NCBI GenBank assembly: GCA_965287045.1
Contig: OZ336900.1
Coordinates: 12,772,001 to 12,836,000 of the forward strand
Origin: Carcharhinus amblyrhynchos
Lineage: Eukaryota
Reading direction: 5' to 3'
Length of the DNA stretch: 64,000 nt
A program made the position numbers and the translations under genes. Positions 63,572-64,000 of the stretch are shown one piece after another. The notes below the pieces were generated by a model that worked only from the letters and a program-made list of their open reading frames with translations, was not told where the DNA came from and searched no databases. Numbering within the stretch: the first letter of the stretch is position 1; each line of letters opens with the position of its first letter.

Positions 63572-63853
63572 AGGGCAGCACAGTGGTTAGCACTGCTGCC
63601 TCACAGGATCGATTCCCGGCTTGGGTCACTGCCTGTGTGGAGTCTGCACATTCTCTCTGTGTCTGCAGGGTTTCTTCCAGGTGCTCTGGTTTCCTCCCAC
63701 AGTCTGAAAGACATGCTGGTTGGGCGCATTGGCCATGTTAAATTCTCCCTCAGTGTACCTGAACAGGCACAGAAGTGTGGCAACTGGGGAATTTTCACAG
63801 TAACTTAATTACAATGTTAATGTAAACCTGCTTGTGACTAATAAATAAACTTT
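63572..63853 (+). mobile_element. V-SINE with alternative tail
   Basis: gggcagcacagtggttagcactgctgcctcac ... cttgtgactaataaataaacttt. Confidence 0.9.
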
Positions 63854-64000
63854 AACTTTATGATTATCTGTACACTGAGTGAGTTAAAATATATTCATGA
63901 TATTCCACAACTTTCAGGAAGAGGGTTTTAATTGTCAGGTCAATGACACACTGCACTTGGAGGAACCCAACCACACTTTCTCTGCTCACTAAACATTCTT

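Noticed and set aside
459-63808. The many 60-155 aa ORFs in the supplied track as genes
   Set aside because: Lengths are at chance level, and the recognisable ones are LINE, Gypsy, Penelope or SINE fragments.

Overview
AT-rich, CpG-depleted eukaryotic DNA. The repeat families point to a cartilaginous fish, most likely a shark (inference). They are HE1-type V-SINEs, Deu-domain SacSINE1-like SINEs, CR1/HER1, Rex1/Babar, RTE, L2, Tx1, Penelope, Gypsy and Tigger/Harbinger-type MITEs. The window is mostly intron-like or intergenic and densely filled with decayed, often nested transposons. No long intact ORF exists; the recognisable ORFs in the track are transposon fragments. A few small minus-strand candidate exons (8612-8669, 2378-2427, 1-116) splice in compatible phases into an unidentified protein running off the left edge. 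The most unusual structures are: a ~1-kb element with ~225-bp inverted arms around a CpG-retaining core (60269-61294); tiny Penelope-derived palindromes with clean 10-11 bp target-site duplications, plus decayed hammerhead ribozyme cores; a LINE whose 5' end is a tRNA-like SINE head; V-SINEs with two alternative LINE-type tails; and an inverted Gypsy segment inside a Gypsy. Family names come from motif recall, not database searches, and repeat boundaries are approximate. I found no convincing novel multi-gene system.
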